From assembly GCA_003224715.1 (NCBI GenBank), contig QHZP01000117.1, positions 5,834-29,833 of the forward strand: 24,000 nucleotides of DNA, given 5' to 3'. Both the position numbers and the translations under genes were made by a program. Positions within the stretch are counted from its first letter, which is position 1; every line of letters starts with the position of its first letter. This document shows positions 1 through 7,607 of the stretch, in pieces. The DNA comes from Acidobacteriota bacterium (GTDB lineage: Bacteria; Acidobacteriota; Terriglobia; Versatilivoradales; Versatilivoraceae). The notes below the pieces were generated by a model. That model made no database searches. It saw only the letters and a program-made list of their open reading frames with translations, and had not been told where the DNA came from.

Positions 1-1
1 T

Positions 2-832
2 CGTATCGGAGGTCCGGCAAAATTCCTGGTGTGTCCAAGAGATACGGAGGATTTGGGCCAGCTCAATGATTTTATCCACAGACGAGGATTGCCCAAGTTC
101 GTTTTGGGAGGAGGCGCTAATATATTGATTAGCGACCAGGGCTTCAATGGAATCGTCGTTCACTTGAAGAATTTCGACCAGTTGATCTTTGACGGGTCTC
201 GCGTGGTTGCCGGAGCGGGGCTGATTCTCGATCAATTCGTGGTTGCTTGCTTGAGGCGCGGACTAGCCGGCTTGGAACGATTGTCCGGCATCCCCGGTAC
301 TTTGGGTGGCGCTTTGAGAATGAATGCGGGAGCCTTCGATGCAGAAATATCGGATCATTTGGTATCCGTGGAGCTGATGGATTATGAGGGTCGCTATCTG
401 GTTCTGGAAAAGAGTAAGGTAGGTTTCGGATATCGCAAAGCACCGGTCATTAAAGATACCTACATTCTAGGCGGCACCTTCGATTTTCCCGCGAGTTTCA
501 GCGAGGAGCTGTTCACGATTCGGGAAGATATACTGGCTCGCCGCTACGAGAGACAACCTTGGCAATACCCATCGGCCGGCAGCGTCTTTAAGCGGCCGCC
601 AGGGTATTACGCAGGGAAGCTCATCGAAGATGCAGGGCTTAAAGGAAGAGTTTTTGGGCGAGCGCAGATCTCACCCAAGCATGCGGGGATCATCATCAAT
701 TTGGGGGGAGCCAAGGCCTCTGATGTTATGGAGTTGATCCGGTTGGCAAAACGGGAAGTTCATAACAAATTCAGTGTCGAACTCGAACTAGAGCAGGAGC
801 TGATCGGATTCGACGGATGCCTGAGTCTCTAG
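2..832 (+). CDS. murB: UDP-N-acetylenolpyruvoylglucosamine reductase MurB (5' end outside window)
   Basis: The frame stays open to the window edge (RIGGPAKFLVCPRD...). MurB-like motifs are present: GGGANILISDQGFNGIVV, YPSAGSVFKRP, ISPKHAGIIIN. Stop TAG is at 830-832. Confidence 0.9.
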   Translation, partial: RIGGPAKFLVCPRDTEDLGQLNDFIHRRGLPKFVLGGGANILISDQGFNGIVVHLKNFDQLIFDGSRVVAGAGLILDQFVVACLRRGLAGLERLSGIPGTLGGALRMNAGAFDAEISDHLVSVELMDYEGRYLVLEKSKVGFGYRKAPVIKDTYILGGTFDFPASFSEELFTIREDILARRYERQPWQYPSAGSVFKRPPGYYAGKLIEDAGLKGRVFGRAQISPKHAGIIINLGGAKASDVMELIRLAKREVHNKFSVELELEQELIGFDGCLSL

Positions 833-1203
833 AGCGGCTGGCGTCCGGCGAAGCCGGCATCCACGTCATGCCACCATGAAACTTCGTCCTCATCCAGCTT
901 CCAGCATAGATAGACCACTCGTCCGTCTCGCTTATGAGGAAAATCGCACAAACCTACATCCAAATCCTTGACGAGAACCCCCAAGCCTTCAATCTCCTTC
1001 ACGACTTGTTGAAAGGCGTCCAAAATTTCAATGTACTCTGCACCTCGCGGTGTTCCCCAGTCATTGGAGTGAGCTTTTTGAGCCTTTTCTAACTCAGGCT
1101 TCATCTCCAGCATGCGTTCTCTTTCAGCCCGAACTCTAGCCAACAGGCCTCTTAATTGCGGGATCAAAGCATTGGCTTCATTGAGTGAAAATAGCTTATT
1201 CAT
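829..1203 (-). CDS. DUF2203 family protein
   Basis: MNKLFSLNEANALIPQLRGLL... and C-terminal GVLVKDLDVGLCDFPHKRDGRVVYLCWKLDEDEVSWWH..GFAGRQPL match the DUF2203 pattern. I chose the ATG at 1203 because the longer ORF (to 1311) runs into a repeat element. Confidence 0.6.
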   Translation of the reverse strand: MNKLFSLNEANALIPQLRGLLARVRAERERMLEMKPELEKAQKAHSNDWGTPRGAEYIEILDAFQQVVKEIEGLGVLVKDLDVGLCDFPHKRDGRVVYLCWKLDEDEVSWWHDVDAGFAGRQPL

Positions 1204-1297
1204 GCGCCCAACCAGATCAATTTGAGCAGCTAAAAGTTGAACCGTCCACAGGATGACAAATAACATAGCATTCTGTTTGCTGTCAAAAGGATTCTCC

Positions 1298-1430
1298 CAG
1301 GGTCCCGTCAAAGTCCGGTAAGTGATTGCGTTGAGGCACAGCCCTTGCTGACGCGTGGGCTACTGAGTTGACCCTGAGCCCGTTCAGTAGCCCGACCGTG
1401 AGGGAGGGTCAGGGACTTTGACGGAACCCT
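1298..1430. mobile_element. MITE-like palindromic element, family A, copy 1, flanked by an 11-bp direct duplication
   Basis: Terminal inverted repeats are cagggtcccgtcaaagtcc / gggactttgacggaaccct. An identical 11-mer aaggattctcc lies on both sides (1287-1297 and 1431-1441). By eye it is about 80 percent identical to 4008-4138. Confidence 0.7.
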
Positions 1431-1455
1431 AAGGATTCTCCTCTTCCATGTAATG

Positions 1456-1665
1456 CCTCAGAAGGCGTGAAAAAATCGGGGCTGACTGATGTTGCGGTAT
1501 TCCCCCTCACCCCTTTCCCCGTTGGGGCGAGGGGAGAGTACATATCAGACTTAACTCCCTCGCCCCATCAGGGGAGAGGGGTGAACGTTTGATATGATAA
1601 GCGTTCACAAGGCCGGGTGAGGGGGCAACTACCCCGCGCTCGGAATTTTTTCACACCTTCTCAGG
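1456..1665. repeat. Family B GC-rich palindromic repeat, copy B1, bounded by ~22-bp inverted termini
   Basis: The left end cctcagaaggcgtgaaaaaatc (1456-1477) is the near reverse complement of the right end gaattttttcacaccttctcagg (1643-1665). The interior has nested ccctcaccc / gggtgaggg and ggggcgagggag / ctccctcgcccc arms. Confidence 0.6.
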
Positions 1666-1898
1666 TACGGCCGCCGAAGGCCCAAAAGGTGGAGCGGGCG
1701 CTCTGCGCACGCTGAGTGAACGCGCGACGGAGCTCGTTCCACCCCCAGTAACTGACCCACTACGCCACACACCAAAAATCCTAGACAAACACTGGGGATC
1801 TGCTAGACTTTGAAGTGTTTGCTTTGAAGTATGGATTTTCCCACGACAAACGAAGTGCCCAGTTTCTGGCACTCTACAGCAATAGAGGAGGGAACCCC

Positions 1899-2879
1899 AT
1901 GAAAGACCCCATAAGTCGGAGAGAGTTCTTGCAGAAAACAACGGCGAGTGTCGCCACGGTCACAGTGGCAGGTTCGCTGAAGACAGGAGTGCTTTTTTCG
2001 GATGCCAAAGATCTAAAGAATTCAATTCCGAAACGAATGTTGGGCAAAACCGGCGTGCAAGTTTCCCAACTGGCCTTTGGCGGCGGAAGCCGCTTTATGA
2101 TGTACAAAAGCGATGAGGAAGCGATCCAGGTTCTGAATTGGGTTATCGATAACGGCATTAATTACCTCGATACCGCCCATGTTTACGGTGACGGCGAAAG
2201 TGAACGTCGCTATGGGATGGTGATGAAAGACCGCCGTCAGGAAGTTTTTCTCGTGACCAAATTGCCTGCTCGAGACGCTGAGAATTTCATGCGCCAGTTC
2301 GAATTGAGTCTGAAGCGGTTGCAAACCGATCATCTGGACCTGCTGCACATCCATAGTCTGGGTAAAATGGACGATGTGGACAAGATCGGAGAGCGCGGCG
2401 GTGTTTACGAAATGTTGACCAAACTAAAGAATGAAAAGGCCACTCGCTTCATTGGTTTCACCAGTCACACCGATGGTGCTGCAGCCAAGGCAGCTATAGA
2501 GCGCTATGACTTTGATTGCTGCATGATGCAATTGAATGCCTCAAAGGCCGGCAACTTTGAGGACCTGGCGGTCCCCGCGGCGCGGAAGAAGAATATGGGA
2601 GTGGTAGCGATGAAAGCCACCGCTCAAGAAAAGCTGTTGGGGAGTGGCGCGGGCAAAGCCACGATCGAGGAACTCCTAAGATATTCCATGAGTTTGCCTG
2701 TAGCGGCAGTTAATATCGGCATGCCTAGTTTCGAAATGGTCAAGCAAAATGTGGAACTGGCCAGAAATTTCAAGCCTCTTTCCCCCCAGGAAATAAGAAC
2801 GATTCAGGATAAGACAACAGTCGCCAGAGCCGGTTTGGAAAGTTTCTTCGTCCGTCACAGTGACACGCGCACTGGGTAG
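1899..2879 (+). CDS. Aldo/keto reductase with twin-arginine (Tat) signal peptide
   Basis: ATG 1899 is preceded by aggaggg (1886-1892). The N-terminus MKDPISRREFLQKTTASVATVTVAGS has an SRREFL Tat motif. The AKR core includes GINYLDTAHVYGDGESE and LDLLHIHS. Confidence 0.85.
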   Translation: MKDPISRREFLQKTTASVATVTVAGSLKTGVLFSDAKDLKNSIPKRMLGKTGVQVSQLAFGGGSRFMMYKSDEEAIQVLNWVIDNGINYLDTAHVYGDGESERRYGMVMKDRRQEVFLVTKLPARDAENFMRQFELSLKRLQTDHLDLLHIHSLGKMDDVDKIGERGGVYEMLTKLKNEKATRFIGFTSHTDGAAAKAAIERYDFDCCMMQLNASKAGNFEDLAVPAARKKNMGVVAMKATAQEKLLGSGAGKATIEELLRYSMSLPVAAVNIGMPSFEMVKQNVELARNFKPLSPQEIRTIQDKTTVARAGLESFFVRHSDTRTG

Positions 2880-2969
2880 GATCGATTCCTGTCAGTTACC
2901 CACCCCTGGTCTCGCCAGTGCTCATGACCATAAGGAAGTGGTTGCAATCTTGCAAAGAGAGCCGCACAA

Positions 2970-3968
2970 ATGAAAACAGTTCGTCCCGTCCAGATTAGCG
3001 GCGTTGGGTGTTACGTCCCAGACAAAATTCTAACCAACCACGAACTTGAAAAAATGGTGGATACCAGCGATGAGTGGATCCTCCAACGCACGGGCATCTC
3101 CAAGCGTCACATCGTTGATCGAGGAAAAGCCACTTCCGACATGGCGGAGCGGGCGGTAAGGAAGCTATGCGACTCGATCCAGCTTAACTGCAGTGAAATT
3201 GAACTGCTCATTGTAGCCACTGTCACTCCAGACATGTTTTTTCCAGCGACAGCATGCCTGTTGCAGGACAAACTGGGTATTTCGAGAACGTGGGGCTTTG
3301 ATTTGTCCGCCGCCTGCTGTGGGTTCGTCTATTCGCTTTCCGTCGGGGCGGCATTCGTGGCTGCCGGATTACATTCGAAAGTCGTGGTGGTGGGATCCGA
3401 TACCATGTCGAGTATCGTGGACTATCAGGACCGCGCCACCTGCGTGCTTTTTGGAGACGGAGCCGGCGCCGTCTTGCTGGAACCGGCCATGGATGAGAAG
3501 AATTGCTTGATTGATTTTTATCATGAGGTCGATGGTTCGGGTGGCCCCGATTTGCAAATGCCCGCTGGGGGAAGTCTCTTACCCGCCAGTTGCGAAACGG
3601 TGAAAAATCGACTCCACTATATAAAGCAGGCAGGGCCGGCGGTATTTAGATTTGCCATCAGAAAAATGGAAGAGGCGAGCCGTACCATACTTGAACGGAA
3701 CCAATTGTACCCAGAGGATATCCAGCTTCTGATTCCCCACCAAGCCAATGCTCGCATCATTCGGGGCACTGCAGACCGACTGGGCTTACGGGAGGATCAG
3801 ATTATTCTCAATCTACACAAATATGGGAACACCACTGCGGCCACAATTCCCCTCGCTATGCAGGATGCGCTTAACTTAGGCAGACTAAGAAAAGGTGACT
3901 TGGTACTACTGGCTTCGGTGGGCGCAGGATTTACGGTGGGGACAGCCCTGTTGCGCTGGGCCTTTTGA
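2970..3968 (+). CDS. fabH: Beta-ketoacyl-ACP synthase III (FabH)
   Basis: N-terminal GVGCYVPDKILTNHELEKMVDTSDEWILQRTGI. The catalytic triad contexts AACCGFVYSL (Cys), HQANARI (His) and GNTTAATIP (Asn) are present. Confidence 0.9.
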   Translation: MKTVRPVQISGVGCYVPDKILTNHELEKMVDTSDEWILQRTGISKRHIVDRGKATSDMAERAVRKLCDSIQLNCSEIELLIVATVTPDMFFPATACLLQDKLGISRTWGFDLSAACCGFVYSLSVGAAFVAAGLHSKVVVVGSDTMSSIVDYQDRATCVLFGDGAGAVLLEPAMDEKNCLIDFYHEVDGSGGPDLQMPAGGSLLPASCETVKNRLHYIKQAGPAVFRFAIRKMEEASRTILERNQLYPEDIQLLIPHQANARIIRGTADRLGLREDQIILNLHKYGNTTAATIPLAMQDALNLGRLRKGDLVLLASVGAGFTVGTALLRWAF

Positions 3969-4007
3969 ACGGAAATGCCATGGTCTTTCTGGCCAAGGCC
4001 TGAAAGT

Positions 4008-4138
4008 CAGGGCCCGTCAAAGTCGCCTAAGTCGTTGGGTTGAGGCACAGCCCTTGCTGACGCGCGCGCTACGGACTTGACTCTTGGCCTATTCAGCAGA
4101 CCGACCGTGAGGGAGGGCCGGGGGCTTTGACAGGGCCC
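4008..4138. mobile_element. MITE-like palindromic element, family A, copy 2, flanked by an 11-bp direct duplication
   Basis: Termini are cagggcccgtcaaagtc / gctttgacagggccc. The 11-mer ggcctgaaagt lies on both sides (3997-4007 and 4139-4149). It shares the core ttgaggcacagcccttgctgacgcg...ccgaccgtgagggaggg with copy 1. Confidence 0.7.
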
Positions 4139-4148
4139 GGCCTGAAAG

Positions 4149-4177
4149 TTGACTAGCATAGATTATGACTTTATCAT
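4149..4177 (+). promoter_or_regulatory. Putative sigma70-type promoter upstream of the superoxide dismutase gene
   Basis: TTGACT (4149-4154), 17-nt spacer, TATCAT (4172-4177), about 115 nt upstream of ATG 4293. Sequence pattern only. Confidence 0.35.
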
Positions 4178-4292
4178 TAATGGAGAAGTCGACGAATATC
4201 CGTTATTACCGACGGAAGCGGAGGCTATATCAGCTCTGCACGGGGACCCTTTCTTCAACTCAACTGCTAACCATTGAAAGGAGGAATATACT

Positions 4293-4922
4293 ATGGCATA
4301 CGAATGGAAATTCAACCCACGGCCTTATTCGGATGCAGAGGCAAAGGAATTACTAAGAGACGTTATCTCTCCTGAGACCTCGGACTGGCACTATAATACC
4401 CATCATAAAGGGTATGTTACTTTCCTAAACAATATTGAAAAAGAGTTGGAGACGGCCGATAGGTCCAAAGCCAACGGGAACTATAGTCAAATTGGCGAAC
4501 TTAAGCGCCGCTTCACTTGGAACCACGCCGGAGCTTTACTCCATGATGTCTATTGGCAGGTCATGGGCGGGGACGGTGATCCCAGCAAAGCCCCTCAATT
4601 GTCAAAGGCCCTCGCGGCAGACTTTGGATCTCTCGATCAGTGGAAAGCTGATTTCAAAGCAGCCGCCGTGGCTGCCAAATTGAGCGGTTGGGGATTGTTG
4701 GTTTATGATGCCCTATATTCTCAGAGACTATTAAATGTATTGGTGGACGAGCATCAATATGGGGCCATCTGGGGCGGGATTCCCTTGATCTCCTGTGATG
4801 TTTTCGAGCATGCTTATTATCACAAAGATGGCCCCGGACGAGCCAAATACATTGATAACTTTCTGGCCAGGCTGCACTGGGGGCGGATCGAGGAGCGTTA
4901 CAAAAAGTACGTAAGAAAATAA
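4293..4922 (+). CDS. Fe/Mn-family superoxide dismutase
   Basis: An RBS ggagg lies just upstream. Motifs are HYNTHHKGYV, WNHAGALLHDVYW and DVFEHAYYHKDG (D-x-[WF]-E-H-A-Y-Y signature). Metal specificity cannot be called from sequence. Confidence 0.9.
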   Translation: MAYEWKFNPRPYSDAEAKELLRDVISPETSDWHYNTHHKGYVTFLNNIEKELETADRSKANGNYSQIGELKRRFTWNHAGALLHDVYWQVMGGDGDPSKAPQLSKALAADFGSLDQWKADFKAAAVAAKLSGWGLLVYDALYSQRLLNVLVDEHQYGAIWGGIPLISCDVFEHAYYHKDGPGRAKYIDNFLARLHWGRIEERYKKYVRK

Positions 4923-4963
4923 ATAAGGAATTGCCCGCCTCAAAGCTTATATCGTACGCTCTC

Positions 4964-4997
4964 GGAGCAATCTCCTTCGACCAAGGGAGATTGCTTC
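4964..4997 (+). terminator. Hairpin downstream of the sod gene (possible terminator, weak U-tract)
   Basis: ggagcaatctcc (4964-4975) pairs with ggagattgcttc (4986-4997, one G-U), with a 10-nt loop. No strong T-run follows. Confidence 0.3.
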
Positions 4998-5090
4998 TAC
5001 CTCTCGCAAGTCCCAGGTTTTAAGTTAAGCATCTTGGGAGCCGGAATATGCCCACGGCGGAATTCGAAAACAGTTAGGCTTGTTCACCAG

Positions 5091-5283
5091 TGATACTTGG
5101 TGGCGAAGAGGTTCAAACTTTGGTCAAGTTTGTTAACCTGCCGTCCCCTCACCCAGGGAGCTTTCTCAAAGCTCCCATGCCTCTCCCCTGGGGAGAGGGT
5201 GGTCCGCCGTACGGCGGACCGGGTGAGGGGTCAGCTGCTTCGGGAGGCCCCGATCCTTGGCGGTCTCAGATTGCTCACTAGCC
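5091..5283 (+). repeat. Family B GC-rich palindromic repeat, copy B2
   Basis: Contains ccctcaccc...cctctcccctggggagagggtggtccgccgtacggcggaccgggtgagggg. It is a near-identical reverse-complement copy of 16459-16646. Boundaries are approximate. Confidence 0.65.
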
Positions 5284-5364
5284 GTAACTAGGAGGTCCAT
5301 AGATGGGGTGAAATGACAGAGCGCCTACGCATCTCTGCAGCGCTGAAAAAATTGAAACTTACCA

Positions 5365-5394
5365 TTGACAGATCACCCAGACCCTGATAAAAAT
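5365..5394 (+). promoter_or_regulatory. Putative sigma70-type promoter for the SnoaL-like gene
   Basis: Consensus TTGACA (5365-5370), 17-nt spacer, TAAAAAT (5388-5394). This argues that the TTG at 5365 is not the translation start. Confidence 0.4.
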
Positions 5395-5463
5395 CGGCTG
5401 GTCCCAAAACAGGATTTCCAGGACAAATTCATTTTCTGCTATCCTCCGATGAGGAGAGCTTTA

Positions 5464-5907
5464 ATGCGCCAGAGCCCGAGGATGAGTGTGAAAACCAAAC
5501 CAGTTTCTTTTGATTCGAAGGTTCGAATCGTGGAGCAGATTGTGGAAGCTGTCAATCGTCACGACGCCCGCAGTATGTCAAAATATTTTGCTGAAGATGG
5601 TGTTTATGAGAATGTCACGCTCAAAGTGTTGGGAAATCGTGAAAGTCAACGGAAATTTCACGAAGATTGGTTCAAATCGTTTCCTGATTTGAATTACAAA
5701 TTGACTAACGTTGTGGCTAAAGATGACCAGGTCGTTGCTGAGTGCCTGGTCAGGGGAACAAACCAGGCTATGTTCTTAGGAAGGCCTCCCACCGGGATGT
5801 CCATTAAATTACCCGTTGCTTTTGTTATCAAGTTTGCCCGGGGAAAGATCAAGTACTGGAAGTCCTATTATGATTCAGGAACATTGCTCAGACAGTTAGG
5901 TGCCTGA
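5464..5907 (+). CDS. SnoaL-like / NTF2-fold (ester cyclase-like) protein
   Basis: VEAVNRHDARSMSKYFAEDGVYENV..., FPDLNYKL and GKIKYWKSYYD are typical of SnoaL-like cyclase-fold proteins. Start 5464 was chosen because GAGGAG (5451-5456) lies 7 nt upstream. Starts 5449 and 5482 remain possible. Confidence 0.7.
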   Translation: MRQSPRMSVKTKPVSFDSKVRIVEQIVEAVNRHDARSMSKYFAEDGVYENVTLKVLGNRESQRKFHEDWFKSFPDLNYKLTNVVAKDDQVVAECLVRGTNQAMFLGRPPTGMSIKLPVAFVIKFARGKIKYWKSYYDSGTLLRQLGA

Positions 5908-6081
5908 GCTATTCTCTTGATTTGTCTCACCTGTAGATATTCTGGATCCGTTACTCCTTCCTTTCTTGAAACCCAACCTCAGCTCGATAATGTACCACAA
6001 CTGAGACTTGTGCAATTCCTGCTGGAAATTGGTGTGGATCTGCTATAATTGAACTTACTCTAAATGGTGGGAGCCAGCTTA

Positions 6082-7551
6082 ATGGAAGATAAGAAAACGT
6101 CGAACAACGCGATCGAAATTAATGACGAGGAAGATTTTGCAAGTTTACTCGCGCAATACGAGCGATCCCATGACTTATTGAAGTCGGGGCAGGTCGTTCA
6201 AGGGAAAATTGTAAGCGTCTTTGATACTGAAGTGCTTGTGGACGCAGGGGGGCGGTCTGAGGCGATTCTCAAAAGAGACGAAATTACCGGTCCCGATGGA
6301 TCGTTACTGTATGGAGTCGGCGACTCCATCCCGGTGATGGTGGACAGTGGGGCTGCTTTGGACCACCAGCTTCGGGTTTCTTTTATCAAAGCCAATCGCG
6401 CCAGGGCGCAAGCTGCTTTGGCGGAAGCCATTACGTCCGGAAAAAGCCTGGAAGGCAAAATCGTGGAAATTGTCAAGGGTGGCCTGCTGGCAGACGTGGG
6501 CATGCGAGGATTTGTCCCGGCCTCCCAGATTGACGAGCAGTATGTGGAAGATTTGCGACCCTACCTGGGGCAGACATTCACCTTTCGGGTCATGCAGCAC
6601 GATCTGCCCAATGGGAAGCTGATTCTCTCTCGCAAAGCTATTTTGAAAGAGGCTGCTGCTGAGAAGCGCAAGGAAACCTTGGCCAACTTGGCCGAAGGAC
6701 AACAAATGCGGGGTGTTGTCAAACGCATCCTGGATTACGGTGTTTTTGTGGATATTGGTGGGATTGAAGGGCTGTTGCACATTTCAGAGATGTCCTGGAA
6801 ACGAATTAAGCATCCCTCCGAGCTTTTTCACCTGGGGGATCACATCGAGGTGGAGATCCTCAAGTATGACCGCGAGAAAAACAGGATTTCACTGGGATAT
6901 CGAAAAGCCGTAGACGATCCCTGGTTGAAAGCCGCTCAACTTCATAGCGAAGGGACCTTGGTCCAGGGAACTGTCAAGAAACTCGAGCATTTCGGGGCTT
7001 TTGTGGAACTCGCTTCGGGTATCCAAGGGTTGATTCCAATTTCTGAGATGTCTTGGACCAAACGGCTCAGTCATCCCGATCAGTTGCTGAGAGTCGGTAA
7101 CCTGGTTGAAGCTGTCGTGACCAGGCTTGACGTCATGAATAGGAAGTTGTCGCTGAGTCTGAAGCAAGTGACTGAACATCCTTGGGAACTTTTTGCTCGG
7201 GAGCATCCGCCCGGCGAGATTCTGCAGGGGAAAGTGACTCGAGCCGCTGATTTTGGACTCTTCGTTGAACTAGCTGAAGGAGTGGAGGGGTTGATTCACA
7301 TTTCTGAACTCGCCGATGTGCCCACCAAGGCTCTGTTGGGAAGCTTTAAACCCGGCCAGGAAATCTTGGTTAAACTCTTGGCGGTTGATCTGGAAAATAA
7401 GAAAATATCTCTTAGCCTCAAAGCCGTTACTGACGCTGAGGCTCAGGATTCTGTGAAAGAGTACCAGGAAAGTGCTGCCAGCAACGGGAGTCATAGCTTG
7501 GGAGAAAGTTTTCCTCGAGAGCTCCGACGTAAGACTCAAAAGGCCGAATAA
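6082..7551 (+). CDS. rpsA: 30S ribosomal protein S1
   Basis: Five to six tandem S1 domains (GQVVQGKIVSVFDTEVLVDAGG, GVVKRILDYGVFVDIGGIEGLLHISEMSW, GTVKKLEHFGAFVEL, GKVTRAADFGLFVELAEGVEGLIHISEL). ATG 6082 has ggtgggag 8 nt upstream. Confidence 0.9.
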   Translation: MEDKKTSNNAIEINDEEDFASLLAQYERSHDLLKSGQVVQGKIVSVFDTEVLVDAGGRSEAILKRDEITGPDGSLLYGVGDSIPVMVDSGAALDHQLRVSFIKANRARAQAALAEAITSGKSLEGKIVEIVKGGLLADVGMRGFVPASQIDEQYVEDLRPYLGQTFTFRVMQHDLPNGKLILSRKAILKEAAAEKRKETLANLAEGQQMRGVVKRILDYGVFVDIGGIEGLLHISEMSWKRIKHPSELFHLGDHIEVEILKYDREKNRISLGYRKAVDDPWLKAAQLHSEGTLVQGTVKKLEHFGAFVELASGIQGLIPISEMSWTKRLSHPDQLLRVGNLVEAVVTRLDVMNRKLSLSLKQVTEHPWELFAREHPPGEILQGKVTRAADFGLFVELAEGVEGLIHISELADVPTKALLGSFKPGQEILVKLLAVDLENKKISLSLKAVTDAEAQDSVKEYQESAASNGSHSLGESFPRELRRKTQKAE

Positions 7552-7607
7552 ATTGCAAAAGGTAGAGTGTCCCCAATAGCTTCGTGTCCACCACTGGGAC
7601 TCGACTC

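Noticed and set aside
829-832. Convergent murB and DUF2203 genes sharing the palindromic CTAG as both stop codons
   Set aside because: It is real but trivial. Overlapping convergent stops are common and no function is implied.
1204-1311. 36-codon N-terminal extension of the DUF2203 ORF
   Set aside because: It runs into the MITE target duplication and terminus. The DUF2203 family starts at the M-x-x-F-[ST]-L-x-E-A-N motif found at 1203.
4165-4356. 63-aa ORF overlapping the sod start (possible leader peptide)
   Set aside because: It is in a different frame from sod, has no RBS and is basic and low-complexity. It begins inside the predicted promoter.
5090-5291. Two overlapping 63-64-aa plus-strand ORFs (…SPHPGSFLKAPMPLPWGEGGPPYGGPGEG…)
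   Set aside because: They lie entirely inside repeat copy B2. The Pro/Gly-rich translation is the by-product of the ccctcaccc/gggagaggg palindromes. No RBS is present.
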